Positions 8,615 through 17,461 of a stretch of 64,000 nucleotides of DNA are shown here, one piece after another. This DNA comes from a virus, in the IMG/VR virus record IMGVR_UViG_3300029922_000004. One strand, 5' to 3'. The notes under the pieces are model-generated. The model was not told the DNA's origin. It saw nothing but the letters and a program-made list of their open reading frames with translations, and searched no databases. A program made the position numbers and the translations under genes. How positions within the stretch are numbered: the stretch's first letter is position 1; each line of letters starts with the position of its first letter.

Positions 8615-9178
8615 ATGTCCACACATGCTAAAACAACAATTCGTGACGAGCAAGATAAACCCATTCTTTCATTCTACCGGCGATGTGACGGGTATTACTC
8701 TGGCATCGGTAAAGAACTCGCGGAGTTTTTGAAGGATTTCAGGGTTACAAACGGCTACGGTTTGGGCGACAACACCAAAACCGCGAATGGTATGAGTTGC
8801 TTGGCCGCGCAGTTGGTCGCACACTTCAAGACGGGAATCGGCGGGGTTTATATTTGCGGTCATAATGATAACGAGGAATACAATTACTTGGTGCGTTATA
8901 TCACGCCGACGAACGGCGAACGCGCGGGCAAAGTTTCTCTTATCGGTATAACCACAAGTGAAACGCGGGTGTTTCCGTTGTATGACGAAATAATCCCGAC
9001 CGTGATTAAAACCGTGTCCTTCGTGTATGACAAGGGCAGGAGCAGCGGCGAGGAACCGAAGTGGCGCACGATTGAAGTCATTCAAGAAACCGAAGATTAT
9101 ATTGACGGCTTGCAGAATGGTGAGTTTCGCCGGTTCTCGAAATGCAAAATCGTCGGTGGTAAAATAATCACCGAGTAA
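8615..9178 (+). CDS. conserved phage protein, N-terminal YRRCDGY domain plus C-terminal WYL-like SH3 fold
   Basis: SFYRRCDGYYSGIGKELAEFL; FVYDK..EPKWRTIEV..YIDG..FRRFS resembles WYL. Confidence 0.7.
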   Translation: MSTHAKTTIRDEQDKPILSFYRRCDGYYSGIGKELAEFLKDFRVTNGYGLGDNTKTANGMSCLAAQLVAHFKTGIGGVYICGHNDNEEYNYLVRYITPTNGERAGKVSLIGITTSETRVFPLYDEIIPTVIKTVSFVYDKGRSSGEEPKWRTIEVIQETEDYIDGLQNGEFRRFSKCKIVGGKIITE

Positions 9179-9209
9179 TTTAAGAATGTAATCCCGTTAT
9201 GCTTTATCG

Positions 9210-9413
9210 GTGAAAAAGCATCATTTTTCTATGCCCGCCGAAATACTCAAAACGCCCGACCAGTGGGCGATTCACTTCAAGTTGCACTCCTGCATCGGAA
9301 ATAAGAAGTTCGCCAAGCAAATAAAGGAAATTCAAGATAATGCAAAATCCGTTGGATGGGGCGAAGGCTACGAAGAGGGCTATCGCAGCGGATATAGTCA
9401 GGCGATTGATTGA
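9210..9413 (+). CDS. hypothetical protein
   Basis: GTG start; C-terminal G-x-x-E-G-Y repeats. Confidence 0.55.
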   Translation: MKKHHFSMPAEILKTPDQWAIHFKLHSCIGNKKFAKQIKEIQDNAKSVGWGEGYEEGYRSGYSQAID

Positions 9414-9456
9414 AATTTAGCTTGACTTTAATTGATTTATTTGGTAGTCTCTAAAT

Positions 9457-9606
9457 ATGAACGAAATCAACCAACTGATTCAGGCAATTTTCGACTACGA
9501 CGAGAAATATGGTCGTCCCATGGAAGGTAGTAACCTTCGCAGAGAGGCGTATGACAAGATAATTGCGCTGACCGAACGCGTGAACATTTCTGAAAATAAG
9601 TCTTGA
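9457..9606 (+). CDS. hypothetical protein
   Basis: Leaderless promoter TTGACT9422-17-TAGTCT9445-6-ATG; below ORF cut-off. Confidence 0.65.
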   Translation: MNEINQLIQAIFDYDEKYGRPMEGSNLRREAYDKIIALTERVNISENKS

Positions 9607-9637
9607 CTTTGATTGGTTAGTTTGGTAGGATTTGAAT

Positions 9638-9826
9638 ATGACAAAACAACACGCATACAACCTGATTCAAGACGATAAAGCAATCTTCATTAACGAATGC
9701 AATGTAGGTAAAGACGGTTGGGAGCAAACTTACGAAGCCGAAGGACACCGCATTAAAATCTGCGCCATTGGAGATGACAGATGGCTATTTGATGACGTGG
9801 ATAGCATAATAATTGAAAAGATTTGA
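9638..9826 (+). CDS. hypothetical protein
   Basis: Leaderless promoter TTGACT9603-17-TAGGAT9626-6-ATG. Confidence 0.7.
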   Translation: MTKQHAYNLIQDDKAIFINECNVGKDGWEQTYEAEGHRIKICAIGDDRWLFDDVDSIIIEKI

Positions 9827-9870
9827 TTATTTTACTTGACTTTAATTGATTCGTTTGGTATCTTATCTTT

Positions 9871-10035
9871 ATGAATAAAAACATCCTCGGCAAACAATAC
9901 GGTTATCGCAGCAGCGCAAACCGTGCAATTAAAAACTTTCGTGTGCGTTACTTCGCCACCATTCCAAAGGGCTTTCAATTTTGGGTGAATCGAATTGATG
10001 AGGGATGCCATGAGATAAATGGAGTAAAGAATTAA
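9871..10035 (+). CDS. hypothetical protein
   Basis: Leaderless promoter TTGACT9836-17-TATCTT9859-6-ATG. Confidence 0.65.
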   Translation: MNKNILGKQYGYRSSANRAIKNFRVRYFATIPKGFQFWVNRIDEGCHEINGVKN

Positions 10036-10080
10036 GAAAATTTACTTGACTTTGATTGATTTATTTGATAGGATTTGAAT

Positions 10081-10248
10081 ATGGAAAAACTCATTGCCGA
10101 ACTTGGCACTCAATTAAACAAAGCCATCCAAGTCATCACCAGCGAATATCCTGTTGAACAATGGCCGGAATATGGTGTCCCCGCTATGGAAGCCGCACTC
10201 GAAAAAGCAATTGCTTACGCCGAGAAGAAGAGTAAATTAAAGAAGTAA
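10081..10248 (+). CDS. hypothetical protein
   Basis: Leaderless promoter TTGACT10046-17-TAGGAT10069-6-ATG. Confidence 0.65.
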   Translation: MEKLIAELGTQLNKAIQVITSEYPVEQWPEYGVPAMEAALEKAIAYAEKKSKLKK

Positions 10249-10290
10249 ATTTTACTTGACTTTAATAGGACTCTCTGATAGTATTCTTAT

Positions 10291-10506
10291 ATGAGCAAAT
10301 ACGACATTTTTAATATGGAGCTTTTTGTTGGCGACGAAGTAGCCTTTAATCCACCAGTCTATAAGGGGCTTGTAATCGGGACAATCGTTTCATTCTCGGA
10401 CAAACAGGTTAGGGTATCATATAAACCCACTGGAAAACAAACTACAACCGAGGCTAGTGTCTATCCACGCAATGTGGCAAAACATCGCAGCATGGGATTT
10501 GATTAA
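10291..10506 (+). CDS. small SH3/KOW-like protein
   Basis: LFVGDEVAF..GLVIGTIVSFSDKQVRV; leaderless promoter. Confidence 0.7.
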   Translation: MSKYDIFNMELFVGDEVAFNPPVYKGLVIGTIVSFSDKQVRVSYKPTGKQTTTEASVYPRNVAKHRSMGFD

Positions 10507-10590
10507 ATGATTTTGATTATTTTTACTTGACTTTGCTTTCTCACTCTGATACATTGTCGGCAGTTAAACAACAAACAAACACAAAAAATT

Positions 10591-10851
10591 ATGGCAAACA
10601 AAAACCAAAAGCAGATTCGGGCAAAGCTGACTCGCAAGGGCGCAGACGGTTTTGCGGAACAAGTGCCAACCCACGGCTACCACAATAATGAGCATGGGGC
10701 TTTTGCTCCTCGCCGGATTGCGGCGGTTCACACTGGCGAATACAAACCCAAAACCATCAACGGCAAGCCAAGCAAGTTCCCGAAGGTCTGCGCGGAGTCT
10801 GACGAAATGCCTTTGTCACGCCAGCGTGAAATCTTCTACGGCGTCCGCTGA
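10591..10851 (+). CDS. hypothetical basic protein
   Basis: Promoter plus CAGTTAAA A/C-rich leader. Confidence 0.7.
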   Translation: MANKNQKQIRAKLTRKGADGFAEQVPTHGYHNNEHGAFAPRRIAAVHTGEYKPKTINGKPSKFPKVCAESDEMPLSRQREIFYGVR

Positions 10852-10947
10852 AAATTTGGACGGGGCGAACGGTGCGAGTCCGCTAAAAGAACACTCAACC
10901 CTGTCTTTTTATCTTGACATTCTCATTAACCCTGCTATACTACTCGT

Positions 10948-11397
10948 ATGAAAATTAAAAACTGGACAATACAAAATTACGGAACTAGCGTCTTGTGCTT
11001 CATTTCTGGCGCGAATGAGCAAGAGGCGTATGGTGATTATCTCGACCTTCTGAACTTTGGAGCCGTGGGGTCACGCAGCGAAGATGACAAGCCGAATTTT
11101 GTGGCCGACGCTACGATTGCCGTCTGGACAACCGCCGCGAAGTTGAAGCGTTATTTATTTTTCCGTAACGTCTTTCGTCTCGCTGATACCGCAAAAAAGG
11201 GAGACACTACCGTTAATCAACGCGCCCAAGAATTGGCCGAACAGCAATACAATTCCATTGCTACCGAAAGTTTCCGTTCAATCGGCGGGAATACCGAGGA
11301 ATACCAGTTTGGCACGATAACTGCTGAAAATCCCGATGACGATTTTAAGGACGAATGTTATAAATACGCCTTTGCCGCGCCGGAAAGTTCCAAATAA
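10948..11397 (+). CDS. hypothetical protein
   Basis: 149 aa; TTGACA10914-16-TATACT-6-ATG. Confidence 0.75.
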   Translation: MKIKNWTIQNYGTSVLCFISGANEQEAYGDYLDLLNFGAVGSRSEDDKPNFVADATIAVWTTAAKLKRYLFFRNVFRLADTAKKGDTTVNQRAQELAEQQYNSIATESFRSIGGNTEEYQFGTITAENPDDDFKDECYKYAFAAPESSK

Positions 11398-11417
11398 TAC
11401 TCCCAAATAACTCAAAT

Positions 11418-11443
11418 AAACCCCTGCTTCGGCGGGGGTTTTT
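11418..11443. terminator. bidirectional intrinsic terminator where the two early arms converge
   Basis: AAA CCCCTGC TTCG GCGGGGG TTTTT; UUCG tetraloop. Confidence 0.85.
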
Positions 11444-11465
11444 GTTGCCCAAATTAGGATTGATG

Positions 11466-11529
11466 TAAGTCGTTGATTATCAAGGGGTTACGTGCCGGAG
11501 CCTGTAAGTGGTTGATTATGAGGAATTTA
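11466..11529. repeat. 64-bp double-palindrome element copy 1 (core orientation A)
   Basis: TAAGTCGTTGATTATCAAGGGGTTA cgtgccggagcctg TAAGTGGTTGATTATGAGGAATTTA. Confidence 0.9.
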
Positions 11530-11854
11530 CAACTTTCGGAACCTGATTGTAAAGTTTTTCCACGTCTAAAAACCATCGGGAATCCTTGGCATATACTTTA
11601 TTCAGGAATTGAAAGTAATCGCCGCTACCGTCCCATTTTGCATACTCTTTTTTACAAAGCGCGATACATTTTTGCCGTGCTATCGCATCAGGCCAGCCAT
11701 GAATTACGCCATTAACGCGGTATTCGCATCCGTAGGGGTATTTTAGAGAGTTCTCGTGAACTTTGATACAGTCCGCGAGATGTTCAAAATCAATCGGCGC
11801 GGCGGTAACGTGGATTGCCGCGAATAGAATTGTTGCTATGAGTAATTTTTTCAT
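11516..11854 (-). CDS. secreted/periplasmic protein with signal peptide (possibly lysozyme-like fold)
   Basis: MKKLLIATILFAAIHVTAA signal; LADCIKVHENS..YPYG; fold assignment is a guess. Confidence 0.7.
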   Translation of the reverse strand: MKKLLIATILFAAIHVTAAPIDFEHLADCIKVHENSLKYPYGCEYRVNGVIHGWPDAIARQKCIALCKKEYAKWDGSGDYFQFLNKVYAKDSRWFLDVEKLYNQVPKVVNSS

Positions 11855-12036
11855 TCAAACATCACCTGTTGAAATTGTATCATCCCGCCGGACAAGTCTT
11901 TAATCACTTCCCGCGTTTCGGCGTCCACTGTTATTTTGCCAGTGAGACGTTGGACAAGTGCGGCGTCGGCCTTGTCTTTGATGTAGCCGAGTTTTTTGCC
12001 ATAGACTTCGCGGATGTAAAATTCGATAACTTTCAT
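11851..12036 (-). CDS. hypothetical protein
   Basis: Leaderless promoter TTAACA-17-TATTCT-6-ATG. Confidence 0.7.
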   Translation of the reverse strand: MKVIEFYIREVYGKKLGYIKDKADAALVQRLTGKITVDAETREVIKDLSGGMIQFQQVMFE

Positions 12037-12074
12037 GCTGATAGAATAGCAGAGTTAAACAGGTTTGTTAAGGA

Positions 12075-12428
12075 TTATCCGTAAATTACTTCGCCGAAAA
12101 TTGCCAACTGGACAAAGGCGTCAAAATCCATCGCGTCAGCCTGACCTAGCCATTCTTCCCACTCTTCCCAATTCGCGGAAATCGGCGGTTTGGTGCATCC
12201 CTTCGGCCACTTGTCGGTAAATATCAGGGGAAAAGTTTTGAGCAGAATATCCTTATTAAGCAGATATTCCTTATTATCTTCGCCATCGGAAAAGATAAAG
12301 CCCAAAGTTGAATACTTGAAACTTGTGCATATTAACGAGCTTCCATTGCTCGCTTCGGGAAAGTTGTCCATGATTCCACGGACGATTTTTTCAACCATTT
12401 CATTGGGTATTTCAATAGTAATTTTCAT
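12075..12428 (-). CDS. hypothetical phage protein
   Basis: C-terminus DAMDFDAFVQLAIFGEVIYG; leaderless promoter. Confidence 0.8.
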   Translation of the reverse strand: MKITIEIPNEMVEKIVRGIMDNFPEASNGSSLICTSFKYSTLGFIFSDGEDNKEYLLNKDILLKTFPLIFTDKWPKGCTKPPISANWEEWEEWLGQADAMDFDAFVQLAIFGEVIYG

Positions 12429-12463
12429 GTGAGTAATATAGCAGATTTGTTAGCGGTTGTCAA

Positions 12464-12601
12464 TTAAAATCCACCAAGAAAAGTCAAAATCCATCGGCGG
12501 GAATTATCTTCTTTAATTTCAAAAGTCGAGGTCGCGCCGGTGAAGTGTTTAAGAAACTCCGCGAGTTGTTCAAGACTGTAAAACGTAATTGTTCCATTCA
12601 T
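12464..12601 (-). CDS. hypothetical protein
   Basis: 45 aa; TTGACA-17-TAGTAT-6-ATG. Confidence 0.65.
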   Translation of the reverse strand: MNGTITFYSLEQLAEFLKHFTGATSTFEIKEDNSRRWILTFLGGF

Positions 12602-12717
12602 GCCGAAATACTATCATACCCGCCAAATAATGTCAAGCCAAATCTTTCCAAAATAGGGCTAAATAGGTGATTAGCCCGGTTTATGTCAAGCATAATGTTC
12701 TCTAATCATCACTTCTG

Positions 12718-12781
12718 TAAGTCGTTGAGCATGAGGGGTTTAGGTGTCGGAGCCTGTAACCCGCTGTATTACAACAGGTTA
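12718..12781. repeat. 64-bp element copy 2 (core A)
   Basis: 25+14+25 geometry, core ggtgtcggagcctg. Confidence 0.9.
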
Positions 12782-12792
12782 CAAGATTCGTG

Positions 12793-13026
12793 TTACGAAA
12801 ATTTCGGCGGGACTATTTCGTCACTCCATTTTGCGTTAATCACGTCGTCAAGATTGCATTGCCAGAATTTCGCAATCACGCGCGTAACCTTTTTACGCCG
12901 GAAAGAGTAATCGAAAACGACAGTGACAATTTCAGGACTGCAATCAGGCAAACCAGTTGTCGGATTGTAATTTTGAAGCCAATAGTTGCCGGTCGTTTTA
13001 GGTTTATCGTAAGTCATTACATTCAT
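12793..13026 (-). CDS. hypothetical protein
   Basis: 77 aa; own promoter. Confidence 0.7.
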   Translation of the reverse strand: MNVMTYDKPKTTGNYWLQNYNPTTGLPDCSPEIVTVVFDYSFRRKKVTRVIAKFWQCNLDDVINAKWSDEIVPPKFS

Positions 13027-13076
13027 GCGTTAAGTATGCCAGAAAATTATCAATTGTCAAGTAAAAACTTCTCTTA

Positions 13077-13140
13077 TAACTCCCTCATTATCAAAGGGTT
13101 ACACGCTCCGGCGCGGAAGTCGTTGAATTGCAACGGGTTA
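13077..13140. repeat. 64-bp element copy 3 (core B, inverted)
   Basis: Core cacgctccggcgcg; terminal TTA is the stop codon of the adjacent gene. Confidence 0.9.
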
Positions 13141-13383
13141 GCAATCATATTCAAGATACCGATTGAGAATTTCCGCATCTTGCGGGCGAGATTCGAGTTT
13201 TAATGAAACGGAGTTCCCCCAAGTTTGATAGGCGGCATTTTCTTCCCTGCCAATGCTGCAAAAACCAGCCGAAACTGGTATGCCGTATTCAACTTTAACT
13301 TCACTATGCTGCAACAATGGACTGAAAACAACCGCCATCTCAATATCCCTTTTTTCGAAAATTATGTATTTTGATTTGGTCAT
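13138..13383 (-). CDS. hypothetical phage protein
   Basis: KYIIFEK..AVVFSPLLQHSEV..VSAGFC..WGNSVSLKLESRPQD. Confidence 0.7.
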   Translation of the reverse strand: MTKSKYIIFEKRDIEMAVVFSPLLQHSEVKVEYGIPVSAGFCSIGREENAAYQTWGNSVSLKLESRPQDAEILNRYLEYDC

Positions 13384-13460
13384 TTTATTTGATTTTTGTC
13401 TTGACACAGTAAAGAATCGCCGCGATAAAAAGGCAGATTTCCATAAGTTTTGCTAATCGG

Positions 13461-14156
13461 TCAGATGACGAAACCGCTTGCATCAGTTTTCGCTTTGCCC
13501 TTTTGTTTCAAACCGACGACGACGTTGCGCGGGTCGTTAAAACGTAAATCACTTTCGTCGCCATTTACAATTTGCTTTCCAAGATATTCAGCTTGCAAAC
13601 TTTCGCGGAAAACTACCGCGACATTTCCGCCAGCAGCCAAAACCTTTTCAACATCGGCCTGATTTGATTCCGAACGGGAAAAGGTTAGATGATAATTTGC
13701 AGGCAATTCGCCGTTAGCATGACGCAAGGCGCGGGCGGATGATTTTGTGTAATCGTAAAATTGAATATCTGGAAAAATTTCCATGATATTTTTACCGTCA
13801 AATTTGATGCTTTCCCATGCTAAATCGCTTGTCCCATTTAATCTGCACGCGACTTTCATTTTCGCTTTTGCACCGCGTTTAATGAGCGCGGAAATTTCTT
13901 TAACTAATTGCTTCCCATATTCGGCGCGATTAGAGAAGAAAAGTTTTGTGCGATTGATACGTCCTTCATTTACAGCCTTGTAAATTCCGCCGAAACCAGC
14001 CGTAAAAAGACACACCGCTTTGCACCCTTCGGAAGCATTTGGGCAGGTATTTACGCCGCTTGCCATTGCGGGGGCAAGGTATTGAATACCCGTTAAGTAA
14101 CCGAGTTTTTCACCTTTGACAGTTTTGGCGTCATTTCCAACAGATAGTAATTTCAT
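13461..14156 (-). CDS. Gp88-like protein (radical-SAM-like Cys motif)
   Basis: NTCPNASEGCKAVCL, RLNGTSD, QFYDYTK, YHLTFS, GDESDLRFND motifs as in mycobacteriophage gp88-type proteins. Confidence 0.75.
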   Translation of the reverse strand: MKLLSVGNDAKTVKGEKLGYLTGIQYLAPAMASGVNTCPNASEGCKAVCLFTAGFGGIYKAVNEGRINRTKLFFSNRAEYGKQLVKEISALIKRGAKAKMKVACRLNGTSDLAWESIKFDGKNIMEIFPDIQFYDYTKSSARALRHANGELPANYHLTFSRSESNQADVEKVLAAGGNVAVVFRESLQAEYLGKQIVNGDESDLRFNDPRNVVVGLKQKGKAKTDASGFVI

Positions 14157-14343
14157 TCCCTAGAGAATATCAGACTACGCGGCCAATGTAAAGGAAATTT
14201 TGAACTTATTTTGGACTAATTTTTTCGCAACTTTCGTAATATGCGCGTAATATGGCACAATAATTGCTCAACTTTTCCCTAATAATGGTAATAAGAGTTT
14301 CTAATGTCATCACCGCGCGGGTAGTGCGCGAGTAATGCGTGGG

Positions 14344-14407
14344 TAAGTGCTTGATTATGAGGGGGTTACGCGCCGGAGCCTGTAAGTTCCTGAATATCAA
14401 TGGGTTA
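14344..14407. repeat. 64-bp element copy 4 (core A)
   Basis: Core cgcgccggagcctg. Confidence 0.9.
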
Positions 14408-14409
14408 TG

Positions 14410-14583
14410 TTAATCCTCGAAAGATTCCGGCAGGTTTTTCCAGATTCCATGAGTTGCTTCAACAGCCGCAAGCCGCTTTTGTTTTTGGCGGTCGCTTAAC
14501 TTTGTTTTGTCCGGCACGACGCGGACGGGATTAAAACCCCACGTTTTGCGGATTGATTTGATTGCTTGGAGTTGAGATTTCAC
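14410..14583 (-). CDS. small basic hypothetical protein
   Basis: GTG overlapping the upstream stop; IRKTWGFNPVRVVPDK. Confidence 0.6.
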   Translation of the reverse strand: MKSQLQAIKSIRKTWGFNPVRVVPDKTKLSDRQKQKRLAAVEATHGIWKNLPESFED

Positions 14584-14756
14584 AGCGGGGAAAATGGTTT
14601 TTCTTTAGCAATTTCATCGGCCAACGCCTTTTGCGCCAAGTCAGAATGAATATCGGTTGTCGGCAATTCGGCGATGGGATAGTATCCGTGACTGCCAGAC
14701 CAAACTAGCCAGACTTTTCCGGTTGATGTTGGCCAGTTGATGAGTTTGATTTCCAT
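14580..14756 (-). CDS. hypothetical protein
   Basis: 58 aa; TTGACA-17-TAATCT-6-ATG. Confidence 0.65.
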   Translation of the reverse strand: MEIKLINWPTSTGKVWLVWSGSHGYYPIAELPTTDIHSDLAQKALADEIAKEKPFSPL

Positions 14757-14787
14757 ATCAAAAGATTACCACATTCAGGCTACAATG

Positions 14788-15060
14788 TCAAGCACAATTT
14801 TTACCAATCATGCGGGTTTGATTTTGCATATTGGTTTTGATACGATAAACGCCGAGGCCAAGCGGTTTAATATCCACATATTCAACCTTGCCTTTGATAA
14901 TCACGGAAAAGTTTGTGATTAAAATGTATTCCGCCAAATCTTTTTTTACGCGAATTGCATCGTCTTTTGATTCACAGCGTCGATTAACGAGCCAAGAGCG
15001 CAAATCTCCCAAACGCTGTTCAATTGTCAGTTTGCGAGTTTTCACTAATGCTTCATTCAT
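14788..15060 (-). CDS. hypothetical protein
   Basis: TTGACA-16-TATTCT-6-ATG. Confidence 0.7.
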   Translation of the reverse strand: MNEALVKTRKLTIEQRLGDLRSWLVNRRCESKDDAIRVKKDLAEYILITNFSVIIKGKVEYVDIKPLGLGVYRIKTNMQNQTRMIGKNCA

Positions 15061-15166
15061 TCCAATAGAATATCATACCCGCGCTAAATGTCAAACCATT
15101 ATTTCATTCAATTATCAATTATTATCTTGACAAACCTTCTATGATATAGTAAGGATGGAATCTTCA

Positions 15167-15230
15167 TAACCCTTTGATTCTAAAGGGTTTATAGGCTCCG
15201 GCGCGTAACCCGTTGAAACTAAACGACTTA
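15167..15230. repeat. 64-bp element copy 5 (core B)
   Basis: Core taggctccggcgcg. Confidence 0.9.
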
Positions 15231-15298
15231 TGAAAGTGTTACCACAAAAGAAAAACGCCGCGCAGTTAAGCACGGCGTGAGGTGAGATGCTGCGGAGA

Positions 15299-15652
15299 TT
15301 ACGCGGCGGCGGCAACATGGCCGGAGTTGCGCCAAGTTGACTTAACATATTTCCGGGCTTTGGGCGTCAGGACTGTAAAGCCCGCGAAGTTCACGCTCAA
15401 AACTCGTTCAGAACGGAACGCGATAAACTTTTCGTGATTGTGCGCGGATAGCGCGGTGAACAACGTATTGCCCGCCGTTGATTTCCAAGCGCGGTTGCGC
15501 GGATTGCCGACGATGGTATATGTTTGAATTGGCCGGTTTGAATTGCGCGAGTCAATCGGGTTGTAAAGCACCTTGTAAGTAGGGGCAATGAAACCAGTTT
15601 TGAACGCGCCGATAATGGCGAGGATGAGGAGGGCGATGAGGAGTGTGAACAT
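15299..15652 (-). CDS. membrane-anchored hypothetical protein
   Basis: Hydrophobic N-terminus; CAGTTAAA leader. Confidence 0.7.
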   Translation of the reverse strand: MFTLLIALLILAIIGAFKTGFIAPTYKVLYNPIDSRNSNRPIQTYTIVGNPRNRAWKSTAGNTLFTALSAHNHEKFIAFRSERVLSVNFAGFTVLTPKARKYVKSTWRNSGHVAAAA

Positions 15653-15740
15653 AACTGTTTTTGTATTTTTTTGGGACTGTTTTTTTTGTTTGTTTTTGTT
15701 TAACTGACAGGGAATAGATTAACAGATTGCGCGGCGGTTG

Positions 15741-15989
15741 TCAAGCCTTTTCCGCCAGATTATCAAAGAAAATTTGCGGTTCAAGTTTTTGTGTAGAATA
15801 CTTTTTGCTGGCGAGCCATTGATTGATATGTTTTGAAGTCGTGCGGCTCCATTTCTTCCCTGTGATATAGGCAATACCGCCTAGGAGACCGCGACTAACA
15901 GCCGCAACGGGTGTTTGATAAGAAAAAAGGATGTCCATTCCATCAATGGTTACTTCGGTTTGATTTGGCGCGAGTTGTTTTAATTTCAT
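15741..15989 (-). CDS. conserved phage hypothetical protein
   Basis: ILFSYQTPVAA..KKWSRTTSKHINQW motif. Confidence 0.8.
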   Translation of the reverse strand: MKLKQLAPNQTEVTIDGMDILFSYQTPVAAVSRGLLGGIAYITGKKWSRTTSKHINQWLASKKYSTQKLEPQIFFDNLAEKA

Positions 15990-16089
15990 ATGCGAAAACT
16001 ATATCAGATTGCCGTAAATAGTCAAGCCAATAAATAGCGGTTCTGCGACGTTTTTCTCTTGACATCTCACGCGTTTTCTGTTATGTGCG

Positions 16090-16153
16090 TAAGTCGTTGA
16101 ATTGCAGGGAGTTACACGCCGGACCCCGCAAGTGCTTGATTATCAAACACTTA
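16090..16153. repeat. 64-bp element copy 6 (core A)
   Basis: Core cacgccggaccccg. Confidence 0.9.
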
Positions 16154-16170
16154 CGGAAGTCTTGCGAACG

Positions 16171-16614
16171 TTACAATTCGACTTGCTTGATGAGTTTAAC
16201 GGCATCGGCCACAAAGTAATCTTTCCGGCGGCAATTTAACACTTTCACGCCGATGCTGCGAAGAAAATCCCAAAGTTTTTCATTCCAAAACTTGACGAGG
16301 TGTTCAACCGTGCGCGTTCTACCGAGCGGGATAAACTTGTATTGGCGGCGAACATTCATGGCGATTGCTTCCCAAACGATATAATCATTGCCGAGAATTT
16401 CAGAGTTGTTTCTGACAAAGCGGTTGGCTTGCTCGCGTGTTTTGCAGACAAAAATACCCGAACCGGCCAAACGGATATTTGGAATTGTCCACGTTTGCGT
16501 CGAATATGACAAGCCAAGAAAATTTTTGATTTCAATCGGCGTGAGGGGATAAGTCATAAGGCAGGACTGACACGCTTTGGTGGTGACTTTATAGACGGTA
16601 GTAAATGTTTTCAT
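16171..16614 (-). CDS. hypothetical protein
   Basis: ATG16614 after the CAGTTAAA leader. Confidence 0.7.
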   Translation of the reverse strand: MKTFTTVYKVTTKACQSCLMTYPLTPIEIKNFLGLSYSTQTWTIPNIRLAGSGIFVCKTREQANRFVRNNSEILGNDYIVWEAIAMNVRRQYKFIPLGRTRTVEHLVKFWNEKLWDFLRSIGVKVLNCRRKDYFVADAVKLIKQVEL

Positions 16615-16753
16615 GTTGGCGATATTGTTATGGTTGACGTTTAACTGTTGACAAGATACCAGATTGCCCGCGAGAGTCAAGGGAATAAATCGCCGCCTTG
16701 TGTTATTATTAGCTTGACAAAGGCGCGGGATTATGGTATGGATTGCGCCGTCG

Positions 16754-16817
16754 TAAGTTGTTGATATTCAACGAGTTAGCGGCTCGGGCGCGTAAACCCC
16801 TGATTATGAGGGGCTTA
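16754..16817. repeat. 64-bp element copy 7 (core B)
   Basis: Core gcggctcgggcgcg. Confidence 0.9.
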
Positions 16818-16898
16818 CGCCGGAATTATTTCCGCCGGAAAAACCATTTAATGCGCGTCAGGCCGTTGGAGTCAAAGTAGATGCAGATTTTCATGGTG

Positions 16899-17063
16899 TT
16901 AATCGCGCAGGTTTTCGATGTTGACAATCGCCGCCGGTATCTTGGAAAGTCCAACGTGCTTTTCCATGATTAAGTAACGCTCAACCGTGCCATAAGAAAC
17001 TTGGCCGGTGAAAGTGTGGCGGTAGGTTGTGCCGTTGAGTTTGTAAGTAAGTATTGTTTTCAT
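16899..17063 (-). CDS. hypothetical protein
   Basis: 54 aa; own promoter. Confidence 0.6.
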   Translation of the reverse strand: MKTILTYKLNGTTYRHTFTGQVSYGTVERYLIMEKHVGLSKIPAAIVNIENLRD

Positions 17064-17082
17064 GTGTGGATAATGTAACAGG

Positions 17083-17451
17083 TTAATTGTTGTTTGTCAA
17101 GATAAAAACCGCTAGGAGTTCTTTAATAAAATCTTGGTCATTGTCCAGCGTGATATTGTGATTCTGGCCGCCGGTATAATCAGAAAAATCTTTTGCCGTG
17201 CGAACGAGCATTGTATCTTTGAACCAGCGCAAATCGCTGATTGAAAAATAAAATATCCGCCCGTCAGACAATTTGAAAAACCCGCTGGCGTCAAAATGGT
17301 TAGGCTTGGAAACTTTAATATCGGTCACGCCGATTGATTTCAAAAACGCGGTAAATTCACGCTTGAAAAGTTTATGCCACGCCAGATATTGCGGCGTTCT
17401 ACCACTGGACAATTCAAAATTTTGTTTAGTTGCAAGGATGAGTTTTTTCAT
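17083..17451 (-). CDS. conserved phage hypothetical protein
   Basis: NHFDASGFF..YFSISDLR..MLVRTAKDFSDYTGGQN; TTGACA-17-TAGTCT-7-ATG. Confidence 0.8.
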   Translation of the reverse strand: MKKLILATKQNFELSSGRTPQYLAWHKLFKREFTAFLKSIGVTDIKVSKPNHFDASGFFKLSDGRIFYFSISDLRWFKDTMLVRTAKDFSDYTGGQNHNITLDNDQDFIKELLAVFILTNNN

Positions 17452-17461
17452 ATAAGAAAGA

